Source of the DNA: a virus
Lineage: Duplodnaviria; Caudoviricetes
Length of the DNA stretch: 64,000 nt
IMG/VR virus record: IMGVR_UViG_3300028888_000001
Direction: 5' to 3' (one strand)
Below the pieces are notes generated by a model. That model did no database searches. It was not told where the DNA came from and saw only the letters and a list, made by a program, of their open reading frames with translations. Position 1 is the stretch's first letter, and each line of letters starts with the position of its first letter. This document shows, one piece after another, positions 28,291 to 39,008 of the stretch. A program made the translations under genes and the position numbers.

Positions 28291-29652
28291 TCATCGAGAA
28301 ATTTTATCCATAAGGTTAACAATTTTCTTATAGTCAGAGTCTTTGTTTTCTCTTGTAAGTGCTTGGTATGTTAAAGCTTCAAATGTATCGTCTCCATCAT
28401 ACAAGAACTTAGCAATTTCAACAGAGTCATCAATAAGAACAATGCCCATAAGATTAAAACTATTAAGAAGCACTCTACAAACTCCCGGTTTCTCAAGATC
28501 CATGTTAGAATATTTACGCATATACTCTACTTCTTCTTGAGATATAACTAGAGTCGTTATTGGGGAAGCATCGTTCTTTCCTAATAGAGAATAAAACTTA
28601 TTGTTTCTTGCTCTACGCTCTAATACTTTAAATAGCCTACTATTGACTGAATCTTTGGCTACATTAATAGCTTCGAATTTAGTCTTTTCAATAGCAAAAA
28701 GAAAATCGCGGAAAAAAGCGCGTTCCTTAGTGGAACAGCGGATTAGATTAAATAATGTATTATTATCTGAGTATTTATTGGTTAGCCTACGAATAAGATC
28801 CATAGATTCTACTGGATATAACTTGGCTTTAACACCAATTACTCCGTGTCTTTGGATAGAATTATTCCCAGCCATCGAAAGAAAATTAACAACCATCATA
28901 GTTGGCTGTAATTCATTAGCTTTCTCTAAATCTTTTTGAGATAAGATCTGAGAACTAAAGAATTTTTCATTATCATTGGATCTAAATTCGTCAGCTGTAT
29001 TTTTGTTATATATTGTTACAGGACTAGCCTTAGGCTCAGCGTCTTTGTTGGTAGATTGTCTTGAAGAAGTATCTTCAAGAGTTACTGTAACGTTGCCATA
29101 CATAGAAGTATTAACGGAATAATCATTAACGGAGCTTTCCCTAAGAAAAGTATTAGCTGCTTCGTTAATTCCTTTCATACATTCCATAACAGCATCGAAT
29201 TCATCTTTATCGATAACTTCAATAGCGCCCTCATGAACACCGGCGTTCATAGCTGTAATAAAGTCATCTAAGCTTAAAGCAGAACCAACTTTAAGATTAT
29301 GATGAAACTTACCGATGTAATCGTATAAGCTTTTGGTGTCTTTGTAATTGGTTAGATTCATTGCAGAGAATAAGATTTGTAATAGAGACACACATTTACG
29401 CTCAATTGCTTTAGTTAAGAGCATAGCAGTATCCCATTTTAATGAAGTTGAGACTAAAACTGGGAAAGTTAGTACTAGATCCGATGCTCGTCTAGAAATT
29501 GAACCGCTGTTGTGCCTTCCAGCCGATAGCCATTTACTCCCAACATCGGCTGCATTTCCAACAGCATTAACGACATCTGCAATACTAGTATCTTCGCAGA
29601 TATTCACAATATCCCGCATGATAGTTTTATTAATTTGCTGGGATTGATGCAT
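28291..29652 (-). CDS. Probable virion structural protein
   Basis: ORF 28291..29670. The AAAGGAGG RBS favours the ATG at 29652. Late motif at 29673-29686. Confidence 0.6.
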   Translation of the reverse strand: MHQSQQINKTIMRDIVNICEDTSIADVVNAVGNAADVGSKWLSAGRHNSGSISRRASDLVLTFPVLVSTSLKWDTAMLLTKAIERKCVSLLQILFSAMNLTNYKDTKSLYDYIGKFHHNLKVGSALSLDDFITAMNAGVHEGAIEVIDKDEFDAVMECMKGINEAANTFLRESSVNDYSVNTSMYGNVTVTLEDTSSRQSTNKDAEPKASPVTIYNKNTADEFRSNDNEKFFSSQILSQKDLEKANELQPTMMVVNFLSMAGNNSIQRHGVIGVKAKLYPVESMDLIRRLTNKYSDNNTLFNLIRCSTKERAFFRDFLFAIEKTKFEAINVAKDSVNSRLFKVLERRARNNKFYSLLGKNDASPITTLVISQEEVEYMRKYSNMDLEKPGVCRVLLNSFNLMGIVLIDDSVEIAKFLYDGDDTFEALTYQALTRENKDSDYKKIVNLMDKISR

Positions 29653-29702
29653 ATTCAAGCCTCCTTTCAAATTTTACTCTAATGTTTTATGTAAAAAAAT
29701 AA

Positions 29703-30176
29703 AGAGATTGAAAGCATTTTAACGTTTTAAGGTTACTTATAGCTCAAAAATATCTTTGAGGAATGCTTCTACTTTACCGCCAGCTGTATTCTGATTTATT
29801 ATATGGTCGACATCGATTTCAAATTGGAATTTTTGATTGATCCAGTTCTTCCTGAATTCTTCATAGCTCATCTTAGTGTTATCCACTGGTCTGCACATAA
29901 GCTCAAGCTTGGTGTCGTTATTATAGATAACAATTGTGCTTCCTGGCGGAACAATTTGTTCTAAGACATACTTAGTTGCTTTCTTCTTAAAGAACTTTCC
30001 AATCTTATCAGCAGCAAACTCAATTGCTCCTAATAATTTGAAATCTGCGTCAGACTCCTCATAATATGACTCAGAATCATCATAACAGTTATTGTAGTCT
30101 ATATAGTCATAATCATTGTAATAACAATCTGTCATTTTATATCCCCTCTATAGAAATAATCATGCTTTCAATCTCT
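29703..30176. repeat. 15-bp perfect inverted repeats enclosing one gene
   Basis: AGAGATTGAAAGCAT (29703-29717) and ATGCTTTCAATCTCT (30162-30176). Confidence 0.85.
29737..30135 (-). CDS. Hypothetical early protein with a Y/D-rich N-terminus
   Basis: 132 aa, GAGGGG RBS, early motif on the minus strand at 30186-30199. Confidence 0.7.
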   Translation of the reverse strand: MTDCYYNDYDYIDYNNCYDDSESYYEESDADFKLLGAIEFAADKIGKFFKKKATKYVLEQIVPPGSTIVIYNNDTKLELMCRPVDNTKMSYEEFRKNWINQKFQFEIDVDHIINQNTAGGKVEAFLKDIFEL

Positions 30177-30289
30177 CCACTAAAATATAATATATAATTA
30201 TAAATATTTTTTCTCAAATAAAGCGTAAAAAGAGCTTCCTGGAACATTCTTATAATTAAAAATATATATGCGGAGAGGGGGTAATTTTA

Positions 30290-31777
30290 TTGGAACCTCT
30301 TGAGGGCAATGGTACAGTAGAATTTACAGAAATAGATGGAAATAGTCCGAAGAAAAGCTTTACTATTCCTAATACGACTTCTGTAATGCATAGAAATGGA
30401 ATATTTTCTACCGGTGAAGATGACTGGTATAATTCTGTAAACAGGTTTAGTTGGGTAGATTTAAGAAATCATATTCAGTATAATAGAGAATATTTATTCT
30501 TCACTAAACCTGATTTATATTTAATGGAAGGCTCTAATCTACAAGATGCCTACCTGAATGATTCATTAAAACATAGCCCATTTTTTGTAGATGCTTTTCA
30601 GAATCATAAAGAAGTTCTTGGGCAGCTACAATATTCAATAAATGATCGTAATGGTAGAGCAACACCATTTATGTTTCTTTTGACTAACTCTGTTAGCTCT
30701 AAGCTAGACTTGCCAGGAATTACAGCGGAATCTCACGAATCCACTACAAATATTTATGGTACATCTATATCATATAGAACTCATTCTCTAAAATCAGATA
30801 ATGGCTATGACTTCACTTTAAGTTTTAATGATACTAAGAACTTAGAGGTATATACACTAGCCAAAGCATATGATGAATATATCAGAATGAGCAAAACCGG
30901 TCAGATAAATATATTAAATGGCGCTCCAAAAGCAGAGATTCATAAAGATTATGTAATAAATAGAGTTCTTCCAGAACAATTTTCTATTTATAAATTTTTA
31001 ATAGCTGACGATGGAGAGACTATAGCCTACTATGCCAAAGCAACCGGTTGTTATTTTACAGATGTACCTAGAGCAGAATTTGGTGATCCGCAAGATGGTG
31101 TTGTTAAATTCTCTTTATCTTTCCATGCTAACTTTATAGAGGACAATAATCCTCTAATACTATCAGAATTTAATAATATAACTTTAGCTTCTAATGAGGT
31201 TGATATTCCTTATTCAGATATATGGACGGCAGACGGGATTAATAATGAGTGGGTTGTATTCCCGTGTATTAGAGCGTATAGCGATATTAGAGCAACCTCT
31301 AAAGCTATGTATAAAGATTATAGATTAAAATGGACTAACAAACCAAAAGCTGGAGTAAATCTAGTTGGCAGCTCAGATAATGGCGGTAGCAGATTCTATG
31401 GGCCATACTCATACCCAGGCGGTGGAATATTATCTGATCTTATGGGAGGTTATACACCTCAATCAGACTTCCAAGCTCCAAGACGACAAATAATACCAAC
31501 AATAGTAGATACAGTTAGAAGCTCTGTAGATACTATAGGTAATGGTCTTGATTGGGTTAGAAATCAAGTTGGCGACGTTGTAAGCAATGTATCTGATATC
31601 GTTTCATCTGCTCAGTCTAATCTAGAGGATAATTTTAGAACTCTATCTTTAAGAATTCAACCAGATGGACAGACTGTTACATTTGGTAATATTCTTGATT
31701 ATGCTGCAGATACAGCTCAAGGTATATACAATAATCTCTTTAATAGAAATAATAATCAACAAAGTCAAAATCCATGA
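30290..31777 (+). CDS. Probable baseplate / tail-tube-like structural protein
   Basis: 495 aa with YLFFTKPDL. It lies directly upstream of the large baseplate gene. Late motif at 30243-30256. Confidence 0.5.
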   Translation: MEPLEGNGTVEFTEIDGNSPKKSFTIPNTTSVMHRNGIFSTGEDDWYNSVNRFSWVDLRNHIQYNREYLFFTKPDLYLMEGSNLQDAYLNDSLKHSPFFVDAFQNHKEVLGQLQYSINDRNGRATPFMFLLTNSVSSKLDLPGITAESHESTTNIYGTSISYRTHSLKSDNGYDFTLSFNDTKNLEVYTLAKAYDEYIRMSKTGQINILNGAPKAEIHKDYVINRVLPEQFSIYKFLIADDGETIAYYAKATGCYFTDVPRAEFGDPQDGVVKFSLSFHANFIEDNNPLILSEFNNITLASNEVDIPYSDIWTADGINNEWVVFPCIRAYSDIRATSKAMYKDYRLKWTNKPKAGVNLVGSSDNGGSRFYGPYSYPGGGILSDLMGGYTPQSDFQAPRRQIIPTIVDTVRSSVDTIGNGLDWVRNQVGDVVSNVSDIVSSAQSNLEDNFRTLSLRIQPDGQTVTFGNILDYAADTAQGIYNNLFNRNNNQQSQNP

Positions 31778-31800
31778 AAGAAAGGAGTGAGAAAATATAA

Positions 31801-34800
31801 ATGGCCTCTACTAATACAAATACTAATTCTGAAACTCTAATATCGACAGATATATTTGAGATTGCAGAATTTTATGATTATATTAGAGCAAATCATATAC
31901 CTGACTTGGATGAGACTTCATCTATGGTTGGTATATTTGGTTATATGAATGAGATGTTTTCTCAGTCTCTTCAGAATACGCTTATAGCTATAAGCGAGAC
32001 AACTAATGAAACAATACCGACTAGAGCTAAATTCACTAAGAATGTAATCACGCATGCTCTTAATTATGGTATTACAGACATTAATGCCAAACCAGCGGTA
32101 ATGACAATAATGATGTATTTACCATTAACATATTTTGAAGCAAATGTGACTACAGACAATACTGATGATAGGGAAAGAAAAATATTTAGACTATCAAAGA
32201 ACGTTCCTATATTTGTAGATAAATTTGAGTTTCATTTAGATTATGATATAATAATCACTAGAATGCTTAATCTTAGCAATGAGTATGTATATACAGCAAT
32301 CTATGATCTATTTGAAACTGGTACTACAAATATTAAACAGCAAAATCCTTTAAGCGATATTTCTAATCCTTACATAACAACGCTAATCAAAACTAAACTT
32401 GAGGGCGTAGAATATTTAGCCTTTTCCGTTAGAGTTCATCAGGTGCAATATCTTCAAATAGATACTAATATTCTTACTTCAAATAGTATTGAAAATAAGA
32501 CAGTTACATTTGATTTTGATGGACAGCTAGCATCTTTTAACGTTGATATCATAGAAACATCTGGTAGCACTGAAAATATAGTAAAACATCTCACTCCAGT
32601 ATTTAATGGTCTACTAGATTATACAGTATCGACAGATGACTGGTGCTATTATGAATACATCTCTGAGAATACTATAAGAATTATATTTTCTAGAGATGCT
32701 TATGTGCCGAAGATAAATCAAATCGTCAGGATTAATCTTTATCTATCAGATGGAGCATCTGGTAATTTCACATATAATCAGCCATTTAGGATAGCTCTTC
32801 TTGAAGAGAATTATAATAATTACAATGGCATGTATGCTCTTATATATCCTCTACTTAAGGGTGTTTCTGCTGGAGGAAAAGACAAAAAGTCTGTAGCGGA
32901 TTTAAAGAAAATTATCCCTAGGGAAGCATCTTCAAGAGGATCAATCATTAATACTACAGATTTAAAGAATTTCTTTAATTCTATCAATGATACAGAGTGT
33001 AAGCTGTTCTTTAAAAAGAAGAGAGATAATCCATTCGAAAGAATGTATTATGCTTACATGCTAATGCGCAAAGACGCAAATGTATATCCAACTAACACTA
33101 TTAATATTAAATTATTACAAACAGACTTTGTTGGTAAAGCTGGTAATAATAATTTAAGTATTAATCCTGGAACTATATTCTATTATTATAATCACGGATC
33201 TGCTGAGCAAAATGATTTTGCTACATTAGAGTGTCCTGAGATATTTATGCCTGATGATGGCATAGAACGTGATTATGATATGACAATAAACGAAGATGGA
33301 GATTATGTGCGTATATTTAAATACGCATCGCCATTTTTGATTACTATAGATAGTGATTTAATCACATCTTATCTAATGACAATAATGAATGAAAACAAGA
33401 CGTTTAGATTCGATAGTATAAACACAGAATCTAATCTTCAATTTGTTGCTACAAATATGCAGTGGGTTAGAAATTATTATACTACAGATGGAACGTCTAA
33501 TTATGATAATAAATATACTATGACACTTGATATCTCTCAAAATGATTCTTCTAATTATAATCTTATAACTTATCATACAGATGCAAATAATGATATAATA
33601 TTCGACGATGTGCGTATTAAAGTCTATATAGTATTATATACAGATGAGACTGCTACGACTCCTTACAGATATAAGGAAGGCGTTTTATCTGCATATGATA
33701 ACGATAGATATATGTCTACGTTTAAGTTTGAGTTTGAAACTGATGATAAGATGGATCTTAATAATAGAATTAATATCATCGGTGTTCACAACGCAAAGCC
33801 AGAAGAATTTCAAACCAAATCTCAAACAAGTACATCTCATGGCTATATGGGTAAGAACACATATGCTAAGTTATTTATCTTGGCAGACTTTGGTACTAAA
33901 GTCGGAGATAATGTAAATGGAAATATAGTAACCGAAGAGATGGTTGAAACTAAACTATATGGGACTGATGATAATGGCGGAAAAACAAAATTTGGTTTAT
34001 CCGCAGCAATTCCACAGAAGCAAGATATAATAAACGCATATTTGTCTAATGATATTTCTGCCGAGATTGATGGTACAGAATGGTCAATGGTTGATGTTAT
34101 GCGGGCTAATTCTGAATACATGAATAGAATCCCAAATCAGAATACCAACCCGAACGTTATCATTAGATGGATTAAAGCAAATATAGATTCTGATTTTGTG
34201 CAGAATACTCTATTAAATGATTCCAGAAGCTTAGCAATAATAAATTCATATAACTATGAAGATCTTAGCAGATACACTCTATGTAACGTATTGTCTGTAG
34301 ATGATGGTATAGACTTTTATCATGATTATTCTGCTATGATGCGTTCTGGAATTAGCGTTAGCGCTGTTCAAGAAGTTAGCCCTGATGGAGATTTACTCTA
34401 TTCTGAAGTAAGTAGAGTTGATGAATGGGGAACTCCATATACAGAATGCGCACCAATATATAAATTAAACGAAAATGGCAATAGGATATATGAATATACT
34501 ATGCTAAGAGTGCCAGTGTTGAAAGCTGGATACTTATCCTCAGAAGAATTAGTTCAAGATTTCATCTATGAAGTTGAAGAGCGTAGAAAATACATAGAAG
34601 TTTGTCTTGAGGTATTGGAAGATACATTCGATGTAGACTTTAAGTTTGTTAATACATTTGGCCCATCCAAGACATTCTATTATCAAATTCCATCTTCACA
34701 GAATTTCAAAGTTAAAGTTTCTGTTAAAGAACTTAACGTATATAGCTCTACTGTAGATGAAGATAATGCTTCTAATGTCGTTGGTGTTATAAGCTTTGGT

Positions 34801-35247
34801 CAATATGTAAATATAACTAAAGTTAGAGGTCAGTGGGGTTATATAACAGACCCATTTGTTGGATGGATTAAGATTTCTGATACTACAAGAGTCACTACAT
34901 TTATAGACAATGTAGCAGTTGAATTAAAATTCGCTCTTGAGGCTCAAACCTCTGCTGATAAGTATGTATCTACCTCAATAGTTCAAGATATTAAAGAATA
35001 TATCGAAGATATTAATGAAATTAACGAATTACATATTCCTAATATAATTACATTAATAACAAATAACTATAGAGAGCAATTAGTATACTTTGAATTCTTA
35101 GACGTTAATAATTATGGCTCATCTTGTCAGCATTTGTATTTATTAGAAAGAGATCCTGACATAGTAGATATCGCTCCAGAGTTTATTAACGTGGCTGTAA
35201 CGGAAGATAATACATTCCAGCCTAAGATAGATATAACGGTATACTAA
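31801..35247 (+). CDS. Probable baseplate wedge protein (T4 gp6-like) with an SH3-like insertion
   Basis: 1148 aa. N-terminal TRAKFTKNVITHA, SDGASGNF, and GG.DKKSVADLK...IINTTDL. The segment VISFGQYVNITKVRGQWGYI...GWIK is SH3b-like. Confidence 0.65.
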   Translation: MASTNTNTNSETLISTDIFEIAEFYDYIRANHIPDLDETSSMVGIFGYMNEMFSQSLQNTLIAISETTNETIPTRAKFTKNVITHALNYGITDINAKPAVMTIMMYLPLTYFEANVTTDNTDDRERKIFRLSKNVPIFVDKFEFHLDYDIIITRMLNLSNEYVYTAIYDLFETGTTNIKQQNPLSDISNPYITTLIKTKLEGVEYLAFSVRVHQVQYLQIDTNILTSNSIENKTVTFDFDGQLASFNVDIIETSGSTENIVKHLTPVFNGLLDYTVSTDDWCYYEYISENTIRIIFSRDAYVPKINQIVRINLYLSDGASGNFTYNQPFRIALLEENYNNYNGMYALIYPLLKGVSAGGKDKKSVADLKKIIPREASSRGSIINTTDLKNFFNSINDTECKLFFKKKRDNPFERMYYAYMLMRKDANVYPTNTINIKLLQTDFVGKAGNNNLSINPGTIFYYYNHGSAEQNDFATLECPEIFMPDDGIERDYDMTINEDGDYVRIFKYASPFLITIDSDLITSYLMTIMNENKTFRFDSINTESNLQFVATNMQWVRNYYTTDGTSNYDNKYTMTLDISQNDSSNYNLITYHTDANNDIIFDDVRIKVYIVLYTDETATTPYRYKEGVLSAYDNDRYMSTFKFEFETDDKMDLNNRINIIGVHNAKPEEFQTKSQTSTSHGYMGKNTYAKLFILADFGTKVGDNVNGNIVTEEMVETKLYGTDDNGGKTKFGLSAAIPQKQDIINAYLSNDISAEIDGTEWSMVDVMRANSEYMNRIPNQNTNPNVIIRWIKANIDSDFVQNTLLNDSRSLAIINSYNYEDLSRYTLCNVLSVDDGIDFYHDYSAMMRSGISVSAVQEVSPDGDLLYSEVSRVDEWGTPYTECAPIYKLNENGNRIYEYTMLRVPVLKAGYLSSEELVQDFIYEVEERRKYIEVCLEVLEDTFDVDFKFVNTFGPSKTFYYQIPSSQNFKVKVSVKELNVYSSTVDEDNASNVVGVISFGQYVNITKVRGQWGYITDPFVGWIKISDTTRVTTFIDNVAVELKFALEAQTSADKYVSTSIVQDIKEYIEDINEINELHIPNIITLITNNYREQLVYFEFLDVNNYGSSCQHLYLLERDPDIVDIAPEFINVAVTEDNTFQPKIDITVY

Positions 35248-35283
35248 AACATTTTAATAAAATTTAACGGGAGGTAACATGAT

Positions 35284-36312
35284 ATGATATATTCTGATTT
35301 TAATAAACCATCAGAAAATATGAATATTCCCCAAAGACAGATATTAGAGATGATTAAAGAACAGCAGGAAGATTTATATAGAGCTGAAGAAGACAAAGCT
35401 ATTAGAGAGCAACATGAGTATGAACGTGCTTCTGAAGGATATGCTGAATGGGTCAGAAACTATATAGAAGAACAAGCCTCTAATGCTAGAAATAGATTTG
35501 AGTTTCTTAATAATGCTAAGAATTCTCTTATGACAGAAGCTATTTATCATCTATATGAGCAATCGTTTGATGGGGATCTTAATAAGAGAGATAAGCTTAT
35601 TGTTAAGAATCTTATCACCAACTTTGTTAATGAGCAAAGTGCTGGCGATCTTATAAATAGATTTAAATTCCAGAATACTCTTACGGCTGAGATTGCTAGA
35701 ATTGTACAGGAATCTTATAATAAAGTAATCGAATCAGTAACTCCAGATGAAAATGTTCCTGGAGCAGTTAAAGATCTTAAACTAGATACTACAATAGTAG
35801 ACGACTTTTATAAAGATATAGCTGGTTTAGATTCTGATGAAGCTTCTAACCTGATCAGAACTAAGGTCTCTGATGCTATGGAAGAATTCATTGCTAGCAA
35901 TCTTCAGAATAAAGTGGATTATATGGAGATTATAGATAATGCTAAGCAGAAGATAGAAGATATCAAAGGCAATGATCCAACCGGAGTATTGACAGATACT
36001 GAAGGCCCATCTGGAGATCAGACTGTAGCTCCAGAGGAATCTTATATTATGACTGAAGCTAAAAGACAGATTAACGAGATGAGACGTACTAGAAAGAAAA
36101 ACGTCTTCCATTATCTTGTTGAAGCTATAACAAAGCAGACATTTGCTGATGATAATCTGCGCGCTCAGTATATTCATGAGTCTTCTGTAGATATGGGAAA
36201 TATTACTCATTCTGCACATCTCATTTACCATTTACTGGAAATGATGAATACTACAGAAATGGTAAGCAAAGATTATATTAAGAATTATATTCAATCATTA
36301 GTGACTGAATGA
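35284..36312 (+). CDS. Probable virion structural protein
   Basis: 342 aa, GGAGG RBS, late motif at 35248-35261. Confidence 0.6.
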   Translation: MIYSDFNKPSENMNIPQRQILEMIKEQQEDLYRAEEDKAIREQHEYERASEGYAEWVRNYIEEQASNARNRFEFLNNAKNSLMTEAIYHLYEQSFDGDLNKRDKLIVKNLITNFVNEQSAGDLINRFKFQNTLTAEIARIVQESYNKVIESVTPDENVPGAVKDLKLDTTIVDDFYKDIAGLDSDEASNLIRTKVSDAMEEFIASNLQNKVDYMEIIDNAKQKIEDIKGNDPTGVLTDTEGPSGDQTVAPEESYIMTEAKRQINEMRRTRKKNVFHYLVEAITKQTFADDNLRAQYIHESSVDMGNITHSAHLIYHLLEMMNTTEMVSKDYIKNYIQSLVTE

Positions 36313-36332
36313 ACAATAGAACAGAATAAACT

Positions 36333-36358
36333 ACCCAGAGGGATTGCTCCCTCTGGGT
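36333..36358. terminator. Bidirectional terminator (AGGGA/TCCCT family)
   Basis: ACCCAGAGGGA-ttgc-TCCCTCTGGGT. Confidence 0.8.
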
Positions 36359-36407
36359 TGATATTTTATTTTTAGCCTTACAAAAATATTGCTCATTTAT
36401 GTACATT

Positions 36408-38936
36408 TTATTGATAGATCGCTGAATAATTTATTATTTTTTCTTCTACAAATTCAGACGATTCTTCAACATAATCTATATCAAATGTTACATGCTTTGG
36501 GCCTCCTATACGGACTAAATGGATATTTTTATTAGTTCTATCTATTACAACAATATCAAATGCTTGTTCTGTTATTGTACCCTTGGTGCGATCAAAACCC
36601 ATAAGATCTGCATTGCCTTGAGAATCTACCCATGGAACACAATTATCTTCTGTAATTATAATAAATGGAACGCCGCCTGGAGAAGTCCAAGCCCCATCGC
36701 TATGAGTATGCCCACTAAAAGATGCGATTACTTTTTTATTTTGATTATTTGAATTGAACGTATCAACAATTCCCCATAATTTAATCGTATTAGAATTTGA
36801 TGTGCTTATAACTCCAAGCCCATTACCAGTGGTCAATAATACTGCATGAGAAAATATTATTATTTCCCATCCATCATCAACATCCATTGCAACATTTTCA
36901 AGCCAACTCCATTGATCTGCAGTCATTCCTCCAGGTGTTATTAAATTATCATTTTCATCATAATAGTATGGATTAAACCAATTAAGCATAATATATCTTA
37001 TTTTTTGTTGATAATTATTAACGTAATAGTACTGATATTTAGCATCTCCGTAAACTTTATCTTGTTCATCATTTTGATCCATAGAATACATTATAAATGC
37101 TTCATTTATTTCATTACCGCCAGTATAAAACCACTCATGATTCCCCATAGCATGATAATATTTACCAGGAAAATATTTTTTAATATCGCTATAACATAAA
37201 GTAGCATCTCTAGCTCTATCAACATCATCCCCAGTATTAAAAAGTTTACGAATATATGTATTATTATAAATATAATTTAATAATTTAGGAGAATTATGTC
37301 CTCCTGCTCTATTATAATGCATATCCGATATCCAAGCAAAACAATCACCTGTGGAAATATTATTTTGAATAAGCTCGTTAATTCTAGATATTTTATTATC
37401 TAAATAATCATTTTCAAAATAATACTCTGGAATTTCTACATTGGATTCAGAATTACTTTTTAGTAAATCTGCTTTTTGCATTCTATCATATAAAGTTTTT
37501 GGATCTACGTAGTCAGATACATCTTTATCTGCAATATAACCAGTAAAAGTTTTGCTTTTTTCAATTAATATATTTCTAGGAACTATTTTAGTCCAATCAT
37601 CATTATTTGCTAAATACGTCATAAATGTTATATATGCCGTATTTTCAAAAGTAGTAAATTGAAATATGCCATTTGTTTGATTATTATATCTAGCAATATC
37701 TGTTCCGCTAAAATCATTTTTAACTATAGTTTTATTACTATCAAACTGTATTATATAAACGCGATAATTCAAATCTTCATCATATTCATAATAAAATACA
37801 TAATCAGTGCTAGGCTCAACTGGTATAAACTCTCTAACAGCTGAATTATTTTGAGCATCGGTATTGGCTTTTGATACGAATTTTCCGTTATTAGTACCAC
37901 CATTTCTATGACCTTGTTCAAATAATAATGAATCATCCCATAAATTTTTTGATTTGCTTGCAATTAAGAAATTGCTTAATTTATTATTGATCCCTTCTAA
38001 TTCATTTCTTTGACAATAATTTAACTTAACTTCTTTGTATTCGCCCTTGTAAAATTTTAAATCATATTTTTCTAGAATAGGATCTGTAATAATTTTATTA
38101 TTAATCGTCTGATTTGAGGGAAATGATAAAATAATTTTTGCATAAGCACATTCTGAATCCGTTGTTAAAGTAAAATAATTAATTGCATTAACGACAGTGT
38201 ACTGAGCACGTTTAATAAATGTGTAATCAGATTTATACTGAGCAAGCATAATATAGGAAGCATCATTACATTGTATAGTATATAAAGTATTTGGATCGAC
38301 TGGTATGTACTGTGAACTTCTAACATTACTTGAACGCGCCTCAAATTCTCCAGTACTAATTATATTGCCGGATTCAAAGTCTGGTATTTCTATATATTCT
38401 AATTCCGGATAATATCCAATTTCAGTTTTAGTGATTATTTCCTTATCGTATTTGGTAACCACATCATCATTTAAGACATACTTATTTAAATTATCATTGT
38501 TAATATTTTCATCGACTTCATATAATTTAACGTTTGTAAACTGGTATGTTTCACCAGCATACTCTTGTTGAGCTCTTATTGGATAAAAGCCAAACCTAAT
38601 ATAATTAAAATTTTCTATATCGCCAATAATGTTATTTGATATATATACGATATCGTCTGTATTAAAATAATAGTTATTATGAGTCCCATCAAGATATTGT
38701 ACCATAATATAGCCTAAAAGATCATCTGTTTTATATCCATTATAATTATCAAATGTTAAATAATATCCATATTTGTTAATATTATCATATGGTATCTGGT
38801 TGGCAAATAAATAAAAACCAAAACCACCATTTGTTACATTTATTTCTACTGTATCCATTTCTATAATAATTTTACCGTTTGAATTATTGAATACATTATT
38901 ATAATTTTCTTCTAAATCCACCAAATCGTTAGAAAG
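36408..38936 (-). CDS. Cassette A: beta-rich repeats plus C-terminal calcineurin-like metallophosphoesterase; headless, begins at the LSND site
   Basis: Motifs SDMH, TGDDVD, GNHE, FSH and GHTH. The frame reads CTT TCT AAC GAT (LSND) from 38936. No RBS. Confidence 0.8.
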   Translation of the reverse strand, partial: LSNDLVDLEENYNNVFNNSNGKIIIEMDTVEINVTNGGFGFYLFANQIPYDNINKYGYYLTFDNYNGYKTDDLLGYIMVQYLDGTHNNYYFNTDDIVYISNNIIGDIENFNYIRFGFYPIRAQQEYAGETYQFTNVKLYEVDENINNDNLNKYVLNDDVVTKYDKEIITKTEIGYYPELEYIEIPDFESGNIISTGEFEARSSNVRSSQYIPVDPNTLYTIQCNDASYIMLAQYKSDYTFIKRAQYTVVNAINYFTLTTDSECAYAKIILSFPSNQTINNKIITDPILEKYDLKFYKGEYKEVKLNYCQRNELEGINNKLSNFLIASKSKNLWDDSLLFEQGHRNGGTNNGKFVSKANTDAQNNSAVREFIPVEPSTDYVFYYEYDEDLNYRVYIIQFDSNKTIVKNDFSGTDIARYNNQTNGIFQFTTFENTAYITFMTYLANNDDWTKIVPRNILIEKSKTFTGYIADKDVSDYVDPKTLYDRMQKADLLKSNSESNVEIPEYYFENDYLDNKISRINELIQNNISTGDCFAWISDMHYNRAGGHNSPKLLNYIYNNTYIRKLFNTGDDVDRARDATLCYSDIKKYFPGKYYHAMGNHEWFYTGGNEINEAFIMYSMDQNDEQDKVYGDAKYQYYYVNNYQQKIRYIMLNWFNPYYYDENDNLITPGGMTADQWSWLENVAMDVDDGWEIIIFSHAVLLTTGNGLGVISTSNSNTIKLWGIVDTFNSNNQNKKVIASFSGHTHSDGAWTSPGGVPFIIITEDNCVPWVDSQGNADLMGFDRTKGTITEQAFDIVVIDRTNKNIHLVRIGGPKHVTFDIDYVEESSEFVEEKIINYSAIYQ

Positions 38937-39008
38937 ATCAAATGAAAAATACGTTATTAATCGAAAAATAATAGAATTAGGCGTAAGCCTAATTCACTTT
39001 CTAACGAT
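38925..39008. repeat. 84-bp element copy 1: 12-bp inverted sites flanking a hairpin (putative recombination sites)
   Basis: ATCGTTAGAAAG (38925-38936) ... GAATTAGGC-gtaa-GCCTAATTC (38974-38995) ... CTTTCTAACGAT (38997-39008). 82/84 identical to 45778-45861. Confidence 0.95.
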
